A stretch of 64,000 bases of DNA from Gracilinanus agilis (Eukaryota). Made by a program: the position numbers and the translations under genes. This document shows, piece by piece, positions 10,769 through 23,898 of this stretch. Below the pieces are notes generated by a model. It was given only the letters and a program-made list of their open reading frames with translations, was not told where the DNA came from and ran no database searches. The DNA is taken from NCBI RefSeq assembly GCF_016433145.1, contig NC_058134.1:16926038-16990037 (forward strand). The letters run 5' to 3'. Position 1 is the first letter of the stretch. Each line of letters starts with the position of its first letter.

Positions 10769-12049
10769 AAGAGGCCATATATTTCTGACCTGGTTCAAAT
10801 CCCACCTTTAAGGCTCTGACTTTCTGACAATCTGACTCAAAAATCCAGTGTCTGTATTGACTACAACATTGTGGGGAGGTAAGGGTGGGAGGGAGAAACT
10901 CAAAGAACTGCTTTGTCTTACATACTAGACCCTCATCAATAATTGATGCCTGAGTTTCACCATGAATAAATGAATTACTTTGGGGATTAGGTGGCTTCTG
11001 TATTGGGATAAAGCAAGGTAAGTACTAGGTGCTTATCAGCATTAACACTTTAGTCTAAATTTAGTCAGACCCTTCCCACGGCCAGGTGTGGGAGGAGACA
11101 GCCTGAGAGTGGGGAGGAAGAGGCAGGGGATCTGGGGGAAACCTAAAGGTGCCGAATGCCTCAGGAGGAGAGGGCGAGCCTGAAGATAAATCTTGGTGGA
11201 GGCTGGTTTCTCCGGGGCGATTTCTGACTCTAAAGTACTACAATATTTTACTCCTAATTTGAGCAGCAGAAAAGACTTAAGTGGGGGGGGGCATGAAAAC
11301 TTTCAAGGAGTATTTCAGGGGCTGTCATGTGGAGGATGGAGCAGAGGTGTTCTATTGATCCCCAGAAGGCAGACCTGGGGCAGTGGGTGGAAATTGCAGG
11401 AAGACCAAATTTGGTCCAATTTAAGGGAAAACTTCCTAATATTTTGGGGTTTCTAGTTAACTAGCACAGGGAGTGAGTTCCTCATGCCTGGAGGTCTTTA
11501 AGCAGAGACTATATTATAGAGGAGGTAGGGCTCCTCTTCAGGTCTGGATGGCCCCTGAGATTTTGTAATTTTACAGTTCTGTGCCAACATGAAGCCAATG
11601 TGAGGGCTTTCTCAGAATCTGCAGACTGGAACCTCTGAGTAATGGGACCACGCAGGAATTTTCCAAGGCATGAGGTTGCCATCTGACGCCTTGTGACACT
11701 GATGATTCTAAAGGGTGACCAGCATTCTTCCATCTTTTGTGCTTTATTTCCACATTTCCTACCTTTTCCCTCTTCCTTCTTCCCCAAATCATTTTTTCCA
11801 TTTAAGAAAGTTTGTTTCTTTAGCAGATAAACTAATGTAGTAAAGCCAGCCCAAAGCCAGCACTTCTCTGACTTGAAAGAATGTCAAGATTGTCAAGAGG
11901 ATTATTTTGGTTTGTTCATAGAGTTTTTGAAATGAGGAACTTAACGAGGGTTAAAGATCCTGCAGGACTCCAGCAAGGCTGTGGCTCATTGTCTTGCCCA
12001 TCCCAAGCCATCCCTTGGGGGAAGCTCTGGCCCATGTTCTCAATATCCC

Positions 12050-12310
12050 ATTTATTTGGTCATTATCATTTCACAGCAGTCAGTTTTCAATTTCTTGGGG
12101 TAATTCTTCCCATTTACATTGTTGTGGCTCGAGTGTCTGTTTCCTTGCTCTGCCTCAGTTCGTGTGAATCTTTTCACAATTCATCATTTCTGATAGCACG
12201 GTCATGCGCTGTCACATTCGTGCACCATAGCTTGTATGCCCATTTCCTGGGTCTTGGGCATCCGTTTTCTTTCCAGTTATTTGAGGCTACAAAAAGCAGC
12301 ACCAAATGCT
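12050..12310 (-). mobile_element. Old L1 ORF2 C-terminal fragment
   Basis: Minus strand translates to LFVASNNWKENGCPRPRKWAYKLWCTNVTAHDRAIRNDE, similar to the L1 ORF2 LFVVAKNWK..CPS..EWLNKLWY..YY.AIRNDE block. Confidence 0.75.
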
Positions 12311-12539
12311 CCCTGCGGCACAATGAATAGAGCACCAAGCCTGGAGTTGGGAAGCCTCATCCTCCTGGGTTCAAATCTGGCCTCAGACACTTCCTAGTGG
12401 GGTGGCCCTGGACAAGTCACTTAACCCCCATCGCCTAGCCCTTACCCCTCTTCTGTCTTAGAATTGTGTCTGAGTATTGATTCTAAGGTTGAGGATAAGA
12501 GTTATAACAAACAAACAAGCCACATACATTTAGTTACAT

Positions 12540-12660
12540 ATTCTCTCTCCTTAAGATTGTAAGCTCCTTGAGGCAGAGACTTGTTTTTAAAGCTTCAGTA
12601 CTTAGCACAGTGCCTGGCACACAGTAGGTGCTTAATAAATGCTTATCGATTCATTATTCA
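12540..12660 (+). mobile_element. L2 3' end relic
   Basis: tgtaagctccttgagg...agcacagtgcctggcacacagtaggtgcttaataaatg. Confidence 0.8.
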
Positions 12661-13101
12661 CATGAGTTAAGTCTTGAAGGGGTTCCCATCCACCGAGGTA
12701 AGGCCTTCACATGCTGGGGAAGGGGAGCAGCTCCCGAAGAAATGAGGAAGAGAATCTGGCAGAGATATTGGGTGGGTGGAAGGTGTAAAAATGCCTCCTG
12801 CAAACTAATTGGGGCCCGGAGTAAGTGTTTGACTTGCTTGATGGACACAATGGGTTGGATTTTATATATAGGTATGTAATTTACAAGACTTACAAATCTG
12901 ATCGAGAAGGAAGCCGGCGCTTGTCTCTTCTAGGTCCAGGCGGGGCACTGCCTGCGTTGACTTTGCTGAAATATTTTCTTTTATCCGATGGAAGACTTCA
13001 GGTCAGGGAGGGAGACGGGGCTTCTGGGGGAAACGACAGGCATAAAACTAAAGGGAGATCATTGAGCTTTTAAAAACAGCCAATCTCATTTGTTGACTTC
13101 C

Positions 13102-13291
13102 TTTTTTAAACCCTCACCTTCTGTCTTGGAGCCAATTGGCTCCAAGGCAGAAGAGTGGTAAGGGTGGGCAATGGGGGTTAAGTGACTTGCCCAGAGTCAC
13201 ACAGCTGGGAAGTGTCTGAGGCCAGATTTGAACCCAGGACCTCCCGTCTCTAGGCCTGGCTCTCCATCCACTGAGCTACCCAGCTGCCCCC
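13102..13291 (-). mobile_element. SINE1_Mdo-like SINE
   Basis: Full-length match to the other copies in the window. Confidence 0.9.
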
Positions 13292-15079
13292 TTTTGACAG
13301 CTTGGTAGTTTCTGAGTTTCCCTGGGCGGATGGTTTAAGGCTTTAGTTCCGTCGCTTCTCTCTACTTTCCTTGTTCCCAAAATGGTTCTGGTTCTGTCTC
13401 TTTCCCTAAATTCAAGTAGCCAAACAAAACCCTCGCAGCATTTCTCTCGGTGGGCAATTGAGGTTCCTCGTGAGTCATTCCCCAACAAAGCAGGCCTTTT
13501 GGCCAGGCCCAGGCATCTCCCATTTCCTCCCGTGGAAGGAAAACCTGGGCCGGAGACAGATCTCGATTCTATTTTGGAGGCAGAGTGCGATGTGGGGGTG
13601 ACTGGAACGGGCTGGGGATCCACGCGGAGGCGAGCCTGTTAGACACAGCCTTGTCACGGGTAGAGAGAATATATTAAAAGTGATTAAAGCTGCCAGCAGC
13701 TGCCGCATAATAAAAGGGGAGGGAGGAGACGGAGAAGAAGAAACAAAACCCATTTTTGCCCGCCTGGTCAAGGATGGGAATCTTCTCTCTCCACGGGTCA
13801 TTATGGCCCTTTGGGCTCCCCCTTAGGACAATCTCGGGAGATACTATCTTATTTTTTCATCATGATTCCAAACAATTATATATCATTCTAAGGTTTCCTA
13901 ACCTAGTTAGGTGCCTTTATTATTCCCATTTTACAGATGAGTAAAGTGAAGGTGAAGGAGCCGAAGTCTCTTGTGTAGGATCGCAGAGCTAGTAAATGTT
14001 TGAGACGGGATTCAATCTCAGGTCTTCTGATTCCAAGTCCTGCCCTTTAGCCGCTGTGGACAGGACCAGCAGGGCTTTGGCCACACTGGTACGAAGCAGG
14101 GCTTTCTTCCCTTGCCTCCAGCTCCTGTGCTGATGGACATTCCAGGTGAGGCAACCTCACCCCTGGGGTCTTTACGTCAGGTCCCGTCACCCCCGGCCCT
14201 TAGCCTTTCAAGCCCAAGCACGAGCTCTCCTAGAGCATCTGCCCCCGGGGTCCGCCTGCCCTCTGTGGCGCCCCCCCCCCCATCTGAACTGGCCAGGCAC
14301 CAGCATCCCTGTTTCACTGCGATGGTATCAGGGTGGAGCCATTTAGAGGACTTAAGGAGAACCAGGGAGAAGCACAGAGTGAGGGCAGAGAATGTGGGGT
14401 CAAATTCTGGTCCAGCTGCTTTCTACCCCTCTGACCTGAGCAAGTCACTCTAACTCACTGGGCTTGCCTCAGTTTCCCCATTTATAAAACGAGGCAGTGG
14501 GATGAGACGATCTCATTGGACGACTTTGCAGATGTCCAACAATCATTTTCTCAGGAATGCAAAGAGCGGGGAGAGGATTCCTAGTCAGGGAGAGTCTCGT
14601 TCTGACCCCCTGAAGGGACTCTAAGCCCCCTCCTCACTTTAAATCCTGCAGCCTCCCCAGAGCAAGTAAAATCCTCCATTCCGAGGGAGCTCCCTGGGCA
14701 GGGACGGGCTCCTTTGTATCCCCAGAGCTCTGTGCAGTCCAGCATCCAGTAGGTGCTTGAGAAATAGTTGCTATTTGATGGATAGACTCCAGGCAAAATC
14801 ATCATTATTTCCTATTGCCCTTAACGAGCCTTATCTTGTGTCTTAGAATCAATATCGAGCATCAGTTCCAAGGCAGAAGTGCAGGAAGGACTAGGCAACT
14901 GGGGTTAAGTGACTTACCCAGGGTCACACAGCTAGGAGTTGTCTGAGGTGAGATTTGAACCCAGGACTTCCCCTTTGCAAGCCTGACTTTCCTCCACTGA
15001 GCCCCTGCCCAGCTTCCTGAGACTCCCTTTGCTTGGAACCTCTTAAGCCCTTGTTGCCCTCAGGCCTCATCTCTAGCTC

Positions 15080-16050
15080 TGCTAGTGCGTGCACGTACGG
15101 GGGCGCCGCAGTCTTGGGGAGGCTTTAAGGGGTGGTCTCTGTGGCCCTGGGGCAGAGCGCCCCATTGCCAGCCTCCGTGCCAGGACGCCAGGGTTAGGCT
15201 TCCTTCCTAGACCTCCACGGGCCGCATCAGGTTTGCCAGTGAATGCGGGGGCGGCTCTTTAGAAGGGCGAGCCCTTGGGGGCAGGGACGGAAGCCCCCCT
15301 GCTTCCCGGGCGGAGCCTTTCTTTCTTCCCTTGGGCAAAGGGGCCTGGGGGGCGGCCCCGGGGGGTTCCCCGAAAAGCCCTTCTGGGAGGACCCTCTTCG
15401 CGGCTGGAAACGTCTCGTTTCCGGACCTGATTTTGAGGATGCTCTCGCGGGGCTTCCAAGTGAGATTCCGCTTTCGTCCGCCGTGGGGGGGCCTCGGCGG
15501 AAGGGGGCTGGGCTGGAGCTTGCCTTGTCTCGCGCTACCTCCGCCTGGGGAGCCCGACTTCCGCGCTATAGAGAGAAGGAGCCGCGCGAGGAGCCCCGAA
15601 GCGCCCCGGAGCTTGGGCTCTGGGAACGAACGAGTCCGGGCAGGTTTGCTTTTACTCTCCGCGTGGCCGAACCTGGGCAGGCTCTGCCAAAGGACAGCCA
15701 GCTGGGCTCCGGACGGCCCAGAAGGAGGAGGTCGTCTTGGGGAAAGTGTGACGGTCCCTCCGTCCCCCCAGTGTGTTCCTTAAGCCAAGGCCGGCCCTCT
15801 CTCCAGCTCCCGACTTCCTCCAGTGGCGATGGAGCGCCGCGTGGCGTCCAGCGCGCCCGGCTCGTGGCAGCATCACTGGGAGAATCCTGACCAGGCTGGG
15901 GAGGGGGAGGCCGGGAGGGAGGCCAGAAAGGCAGGAAGGCCAGGACTGGCCGTAGGATGGAGAGAGGGGAGCCCAGGAGGACCCTTCGCTGGCGGGCTCA
16001 GATGCTGCTGCCGGGGGAGGTTTGGGGTAGAGAGAAGAAGTTCCATTTCG
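15080..16050. promoter_or_regulatory. Intronic CpG island between SNX10 coding exons 1 and 2
   Basis: Dense CpG, very high GC, no repeats. Confidence 0.7.
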
Positions 16051-16147
16051 GAGATAATGAGTTTGAGAAGGTTCCGGGACATCAGGTAGGATGGCAAACT
16101 GGATGGGCCAAATCTAGGTACTCTGCAGGCATTAAGAGAAAGAAAGG

Positions 16148-16596
16148 GGGAGGCAGCTGGGTAGCTCAGTGGTTGGAGAGCCAGGCTTAGAGATGGGAGG
16201 TCCTGGGTTCCAATCTGGCCTCAGACACTTCCCTGCTTTGTGACCCTGGACAAGTCACTTAACCCCCATGGCCTAGCCCTTACTGCTCTTCTGCCTTGGA
16301 GCCAATACACAGGATTGACTCCAAGATGGAAGGTAAGGGTTTAAAAAAAAAAAAAGAGAAGGGAAGGAAAGCCTTCAGCCCATTGGTGAACCTCCTTAGG
16401 GACCGTGGATAAGAATCGTCCAGGTTGGGGTCAGCTAAGAGACTCAGGGGATTTAGAGCCAGGTCTGGAGATGGACGGTCCTGGGTTCAAATTTGGCCCC
16501 AGACACTGCCCAGCTGTGTGACCCTAGACAGGTCACTTCACCCCCATTGCTTAGTCCTGACTGCTCTTAGAATTGATTCTAAGGGAGAAGGTGAGC

Positions 16597-16626
<30 letters not shown>
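16148..16626 (+). mobile_element. Two tandem CORE-SINEs (about 16148-16355 and 16446-16626) with A tails
   Basis: ggcagctgggtagctcagtgg head, B-box and poly-A tails. Confidence 0.88.
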
Positions 16627-16628
<2 letters not shown>

Positions 16629-18293
16629 AAGCACCTGGGTCCGAACCTGGAGCAGCCACATAGATAAGGTCTTATTGAAGCTTCCGTCTGCAGAGCAAAG
16701 GTCTGAACGGAAAACAAAACTGAAGGCAGAATTAGCATCATGATTCCTAATTTAGAAAGTGACTTTTCTATAAACCATAGTGTAGAGGCTGACTTCCATT
16801 ATCTGACAGAATGCAAGCTGCTGCGTCTTGTGCTCCGGCCCCAGCCCAGAGGAGGTCCTCAGCTAATGTTTGTCCGGTGCCCGACTGACCGGTGAGACAG
16901 GACCGCTCCCACTTTGTGCATGGGGGAACCGGACCGCAGGCAAGTGGCTTCTCAGCTAATTCACCAGTGGTGGGCCCGGCCTCCCGCTGGACACCGAAGG
17001 GAACCCACGGCAAGCCCTGCCCTGCCCTCGCTCCGGCCCAGCATTTCCTCCCTCCTCCGGTGCCCATTTCATTGGGAGGACACACAGGAAAGGGTTAATC
17101 CTAGCCTGCCCTAGCCGAGCCGTCTTCTCCCATCCTCGATTTCTCGTTAGGCCAAACACGTCATTGAAATGTTTAAGAAGATTATTAAACTGATCCACCG
17201 CAAGGGCTGCTCAGAGCATCTCCCCAAGCCAGCCACGTGATGCTGCAGGCAGCCCAGAATGGCGCAGGGAGGAGCAGTGAGTCAGCTTTTCTTCCTTTTG
17301 AGAGCTGACGGCCGGCTCCCAAAGGATGTCTGGATCTAATTAAGAAACCCTCAGCAAACGCTGGTCTGATNNNNNNNNNNNNNNNNNNNNNNNNNNNNNN
17401 NNNNNNNNNNNNNNNNNNNNNNNNNNNNNNNNNNNNNNNNNNNNNNNNNNNNNNNNNNNNNNNNNNNNNNNNNNNNNNNNNNNNNNNNNNNNNNNNNNNN
17501 NNNNNNNNNNNNNNNNCTCTAGAATAAAAGGGAATCTTCTCTGCCTTTCCGGCAGTTGGATGATAAGCAGCAGTGCGCAGCGTGTGCCAGACCCAGGGCT
17601 AAATCGTGGGGATTCCAAGAGAGTCCCTGCCCTCTGGGAGCTTAGGTGGAACTGGGGAGACGCGTAAAAAAAGACTGAACAAGGGGGTGGGGGCTCAGGA
17701 TCTGCTGAAATGCAGAGGATCAGATCACAGCTGGGTGGGGAACTTTCCAGCTTGGATCCAGCCGCCTCTCCTTTCCCCATTAACTCTTCTTCCAGCGCTC
17801 TGTGTTCCTGCCAAAATGGCTAATTTGCTGTTATGTGTACAGAACACTCCATCTCCATCTCCATCTCCCTTTGCCTCGACCTCCCTCCTCGACTTTGCCT
17901 GGTTTCCTTCAAAACTGAGCTCAGAGGCCACATCCTCTAGGAAGGCTAATCCCTCTCCAGCATCTGCTCATCGGTTCTCCCCAAGAGATTACTCTTTCTC
18001 TCTCTTCTGTAACTTTTCTGTCTAGCTGGGCCCTCTCACTTCAGCCACCCGAGGCCATCACAACAACAAACCCTTATTTTCTGTCCTAGTAACAACTCTC
18101 AAGTCAGAAGGGCAAGGCCTAAGCAAACAGAGTCGAGTGACTTACCTAGGGTCTTACAGTGAGGAGTATCTGAGGCTAGATTGGAACCCAGGTCCTCCTG
18201 ACTCCAGACGTGGTGCTTTTATCCACTACAGTGTCACCTAGCTGCCCAGCTGACCCCATTGGGGTCATAAAAGCTCAGACTTAACATCTAGAC

Positions 18294-18484
18294 TAGGGGT
18301 TCCCAAACTTTTTTGCCTACCACCCCCTTTTCAGAAAAATTATTACTTAGCCCCCTGGAAATTAATTTTTAAAAATTTTAATAGCAATTAATAGGAAAGA
18401 TAAATGCACCTGTGGCCATCACCGCTATCCTGGATCTCTGCAGCACCCACCAGGGGGCGGTGGTGCCCACTTTGGGAATCACTG
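18294..18484 (-). mobile_element. hAT (Charlie-type) MITE, ~190 bp, copy A
   Basis: Terminal inverted repeats (TIRs) TAGGGGTTCCCAAA...TTTGGGAATCACTG. Flanks atctagac/ctctagag fit an 8-bp NTCTAGAN target. Reverse complement of the 62595-62789 element. Confidence 0.9.
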
Positions 18485-20329
18485 CTCTAGAGGGACCAGA
18501 ATGGTCATCAGCTTCCACCATCTCATTTTATAGTTGAGTAAATGGCCAGCTTATCCTGGTGGCTTCTCTGTCCCCGAATCATTGCCAGTTGTTGGATTGG
18601 TAAAACTGACCATCTATCCAGGACTGGCTGGCCAACCTCGTCCAGGGGTGCACTTCCCCTTCACTGCGGATGGAAACTGGGCTGCTCTTAGGAGCGTGTG
18701 GGCCAAGGCATCCTGTTGAGGATTCTGGGAAAGTTATTAAGATCAAAAAGGATTTATGCAAAATGGGCCAAGACTTTATCAGGGAAGCAGAACCTGCCAT
18801 AGTCCAAGGAGACCGAGTGTGCTTGAGTAAGTTATAGGGAATGACTTGCTTTTTCTCACCCACCGTCTCTTTTTCTTTTCAGTTTCTTTTCTGAAAATGA
18901 AAGCTTTTAGCCTCTGCCCTCAGCCTCGCTTTCCTTGTTTTACTGTAATGTAGATGCTCTTTCCCCACCTTTTTCTCAAGTTTTTGCTGGTTTCTCATCA
19001 GTGGGGGGGTAAAGAAACCAAAACTGCCCTCTTTTTCTCCCCCACCTCTCTACACAGGGTTCTCCCCCCTTTTCAAGGTTCCTTCTGACTCTCAAATTCA
19101 GTCTTTTGCTCTTGTGACTTTGAAATTTTGGAAAATCTTACACCCTTCTTTTCTGCTGCTCACAGGGTGGTTCATAGGGAACATACTTTACACATTTGAG
19201 TTGATAACATTATTAATATATTATTGGGCGGTGGGGTAGTGTGGGGAATAGAGTGCATGGCCTTGGGTCAGGAAGACCCAAGCTCAAAAGTGACTTTAGA
19301 CATTTCCTTGCAGTGACCTTGACCAAGTCACTTAACTTTGTCTCAGTTTCCTCATCTGTAAAATGAGCTGGAGGCAGAAATGGCAAGCCCCTTTAGTCTC
19401 TGCCAAGAAAACCCCAGATGAGGTCACAAAGAATTGGACAAGCCTGGAAGACTCGACAACAAATATATTATTCAAAGAGGCAGCGAGCCTCCGGCTGGGT
19501 GATATTTGACCAATCTCTAGTTCTGTAGAAGGTGCCAGCCTGCCCTATCCATGAAATCACAAGTCTAGACCTTCCCCTCTTCTTTCATGCCTCCATCTGT
19601 GCCCCTCCATTAGACTGTAAGCTCCCTGAGAGCAGGAATTGCCTTTCTTTTATTAATTGTATTCCTAGAGCTTAGCCAATGCCTGGCACACAGTAGGCTC
19701 TTAATAAATGTTTATTGTATTGGCATCCCTCTTAATGAGATGCAAACCCATCCTTTGGGGGGGGGGTGGTGGTGGGGAATATCCCACTGTAGAGAATTAG
19801 AGACCTCCTCCTTTCTTTTCCTCTTGTCCAGACCCATTTGGGTCCATCCCCTATACCTCACGTGCCTCGCCAGGTGACTAACCCTAAAGGGCAGAGCCAG
19901 GACCTACTTTTATTTCACAAGCTGGTGAAAGAAGGGAAAGGCCCCAGTTCCTTTTTTCTTTCCCATGTTGAAATGTAGAAGTACAGAATGGCTGGAAGAA
20001 AGAGGGTGAGGGGGGCGGTTGAGCCGTTTTCTCTGTCAGCCTTCCTGTCACTATGGGCAAGAAGGGGAGCCTTCCTCTTGGCCCCGAGTCACACATGGCC
20101 AGAAGCTGTCCCCAGAGCTCTCATACAGTCAAGTCGAACCAGGACTGGCCACTCTGAACCTGCTTCATGGGATGGTCTCTCAGGACCTACAAGTGAGGGC
20201 CAGGCACTGCTAGATGCTGGGAATGGAAAGACGGACGTTGGCCTCCCTGCCTCCAGTCTTTCCCCTATGCTCCCCATCCTCTAGTTTTCCAATCCATCCT
20301 CCACTCTTGCTGCCCAAGAGATTTTCTTT

Positions 20330-20990
20330 GTTTTTTTTTTTTATTTCCATATGATTCGTTTTTGTACGTGAATAATCTTATAAAACAGAAACCCCCAGAG
20401 CTACCTCCAAATACACAAGTGATAAATGATTTCATCTGCATTCCTCCTCCCGCAGTTCTTTCTCTGGAGGTGGAGAGCATTCTGTGCTCCGAGTCCCTCA
20501 GAATTGTCTGGACCATCATATTGCTTTTAGCAGCAAAGGCAATCACAGTTGATCATCGCACAGTGTTGCTGTTAATGATCTGGTTCTGTTTATTTCGCTT
20601 TGCATCAGTTGATGTGGGTCTTTCCATTTCTTATAGAAATCAGGCAGTTCTTCATTCCACCCAGCCCAATAGTATTCCATCACCATCAGATACCACAATT
20701 TGTTCAGCCATTCCCCACTGGAGGGACATCCTTTTTGTTTCCAGTTCTTTGCCACCACCAAAAGATCAGCTAAACATTGTGGAACAAACAGGTCCTGTCC
20801 TATTTTTAAAAATCTCTGGGATACAGACCAAAGGAGTGGCATTACTGGATCAAAGGGAATGCATTGTTTTATAGCCCTTTGGGCATAATTCCAAATTGCC
20901 CTACAAAATAACAGATCAGTTCACAACTCCACCAGCAATGCATTAGTGTCCCAATTTTGCCACATCCCCTCCAGCATTTATCATTTTCCT
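20330..20990 (-). mobile_element. L1 3' fragment (end of ORF2 plus 3'UTR)
   Basis: ORF 20543-20842(-) contains LLVVAKNWKQKGCPSSGEWLNKLWYLMVMEYY...LMQSEINRTR; T-run tail near 20330. Confidence 0.9.
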
Positions 20991-22036
20991 TTACTCCAAA
21001 GTGATTTTCTTAAAGAGCACATTGCTCTCCTATTCAGTTAACTCTAGTGGCTCCCTATTACCTCTAGATTCAAATACTATTTCATCTTTACCTCCTCCTT
21101 TTAAAGTATCTATTTTTTTGTATTTTTTTTGCATACCCAATTAGTAGTATGTTATTATATGTGTGTAATTTATAAGAAAATGGACAAGGTACAGTTAGGT
21201 GGCTCAGTGGTCAGAGAGCCAGGTCTAGAGATGGGAGGTCCTGGGTTCAAATCTGGATATATGATTCTGGGTAAGTCACTTAACTCCCATTGCTTAGCCT
21301 TTATAGCTCTTCTGCCTTGGAACCAATACACAGTACAGATTCTAAGCCAGAAGGGTTTTTTAAAAAATAGGTAAATGGACACACATTGGTGTATGTTTGT
21401 GCAAAAATGTTTTTCTGAGAAAAATGAGTGGAAACTCCTTGTTCAGAGAAGGGGAAAAACTAGAGCAAAATTATCCATGGAAGGAAAGGATGGATGTGGG
21501 AACTTGGTTGGGGGTGGTGGGAGAACTGCTTCCCTGTTGTCTCTGTCCTTTGTCATGAGATCCTTACAAGCCAATCCATTCAGCAAATATTTATAAGGCA
21601 GCTACTATGTGTCAGGCACTCTGCTAGGTGTTAAGCATACAGAGACAAAGCTGGACCAGTCCTTGCCCTCAAGGAGTATCCATTCTTTAAGGGGAAAGGA
21701 GAGAAATACTCTTTTGAAATGATTTCTTACATTTCAGTGAAATAGATATGGTTGTCTAAATGTGTTATTGAATTGAATTTCGAAGGAAATCCCACACATT
21801 TCCAAACGAAAACCCCAGTATTGCCTCATTCTAAAAATTATTTCTTTTTGGGTAGGCTGGCTCTGTGGGAAGAAATTTTCCCAGGCGTGTTGAGGGTTGG
21901 TGATTCACATCACTTTGCTTCTCTTTCTAGAGAGTTAGAACTCTGGCTCGTATCTTCTTTGGGGCAAGGAATTCTCTAGGCTTTCCAGGCTTCTTTGATG
22001 CTAAAACAAATCCCTCGGCTTGCCATGTCTTCCCAG

Positions 22037-22123
22037 GAGTTCGTGAGCGTCTGGGTCCGGGATCCTCGAATTCAGAAGGAAGACTTCTGGCACTCCTACG
22101 TTGACTATGAGATATTCATTCAT
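22037..22123 (+). CDS. SNX10: SNX10 coding exon 2 ([29 protein letters not shown]), start of PX domain
   Basis: cttcccAG acceptor, 87 nt, donor GTAAGT at 22124. Near-identical to human SNX10 residues 9-37. Confidence 0.97.
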
Positions 22124-22904
22124 GTAAGTAGAAGATTCACCCTAAGGTCACGGGCAAAGGCAAGGGGGCTTGTAGGTGGCCCGGGTCATCTTCCCCATGT
22201 GAAACTAAGGATTAAGTCACCTGTCATGTTTCTTAGAATGGGAGCAGAGTAGGAGCTGGAGGGGAACTAGGGCTGCCCTTGGGTTTTCCTGGCTCCTAAA
22301 TGGCTCTCGTTTAAGACTGAAGGGGAGGGATTGGTCTATGGTCCGATGTTTATTTGGATCTTTGATTTCATCAGTCAGGCAGTCAACATTTACTAAGCAC
22401 TTACTATGTGCCAGGCACTGTGCTAAGCCCAGATACTGTATGAGATGGGAAGAAAGGGAAAAGAGCTCCCAGTTTGATGAGTGGCGACACCATTCAAAGA
22501 ATTATGTGCAAACAAAAATATAGCAGGTTCTGGTCGGAGAGCAGAGACACAGCCAATAAGGGGGATCAGGAAAGGCTTTCTGGAGTAGGCAGGATTTTAT
22601 CTGGGGCTTGAAGGAAGGCAGGAGGTGGAGACAAAGAGGGAGAATTCATTTCATGTATGGGGAACAACCAGTGAAAGAAGTATCTGGAATCTGGAGAGGC
22701 AAGGAGGGAACTCTTGGTAAGGAAATTCCTCTCTCTGTTAAAATAGGTACTTGTGTAGTTTATAATCTTAGAGGGGGTATTTCATAGATAAATGACTTGT
22801 CCAAGGTCACACTGCCTATATTTGTTGAAGGACCTGAACTCCCATCTTCCTGACTGTGAGGATGTCTTTCCTTCCACTCACTGCTCCAGGCTAATTTTTT
22901 TTTA

Positions 22905-23898
22905 AAACCCTTACCTTCCCGTCTTGGAGTTAATACTGTATTTTGGCTCCAAGGCAGAAGAGTGGTAAGGGCTAGGCTATGGGGGTTAAGTGACTTGTGT
23001 AGGAAAATATATGTACGGTAATGGGGTCACCAGGGATGTTACAATAAACTAAGTGGTTTGTGGGAACACACTCTGGGATTTATGAGAGACTGGACCAGGG
23101 TGAAGAGACCAGAGTTTACTGGATCTCCACAGGAATGGCAGTTGATCTTAACTGTCACCAGCTTCCACTAGACCAGAGTATAGTAACAGGCTAACAAGGT
23201 AAAAGGGACTTAACAGCTTTAATTATGTTTGACTAAAAGGTGGGAAAGGATTTCTATACTTAAAATCTAAGGGATAAAACCACAGGGCAATGGGAGGACT
23301 TATTCTACTCTTATCTAAGTGATCTAAACTAACAGGGCCCAAGGAGCTGTAAATGGAGTCTCTGGGTTTCTGCCTCAAACCTGGAACCTGCCAGGCTTGA
23401 GTACAGCTAGGACTTTATGGCTTTGGGATTCTCACTGCAATCCACTGATGATGTCTGGATGCCAGGAGTCAAGATGATCTCAGGTACCAGTAGAGAGGGT
23501 TCTGCTTGAAGCATGTCCTCCAGTACTCAAACTTCTCCTCCTCTCTTGGCTCCGTAGATCTTGTCCTTTTCTTAGATGCCACACCACACAGCATCCCAGG
23601 GGAAATCAGGAAGCAGGATGTCCTTTGCTCTGAGGTCTCCCAGGCTGGCAACAGTTTTTGCCCACCACTCATGGAGTCCACACACACAGGGCACAGACAG
23701 ACTTCCTCCTCCTTCATTCCAACCTGGAATTCCCAGCTCCAGCTCCTTCCTGCTAGGTACTTCCTAATTACTAGCTAATCTCATCTTACTTATAACACTT
23801 GCCCAGGGTCACACAGCTGGGAAGTGTCTGAGGCCAGATTTGAACCTAAGACCTCCTGTCTTTGGGCCTAACTCTCAATCCACTGAGCTACCCAGCTG
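22905..23898 (-). mobile_element. SINE1_Mdo-like SINE split by the LTR (22905-22997 plus 23802-23898)
   Basis: The two halves join into a continuous SINE consensus. Confidence 0.88.
22998..23797. mobile_element. Solo LTR (800 bp), ERV1-like from its 4-bp TSD, inserted into a SINE
   Basis: TG...CA termini. TSD CTTG at 22994-22997 and 23798-23801. Removing it restores the SINE motif aagtgacttgcccagggtcacacagc. Confidence 0.88.

Noticed and set aside
16148-16260. tRNA gene in SINE heads (also other copies)
   Set aside because: A- and B-boxes belong to tRNA-derived CORE-SINEs; there is no cloverleaf.
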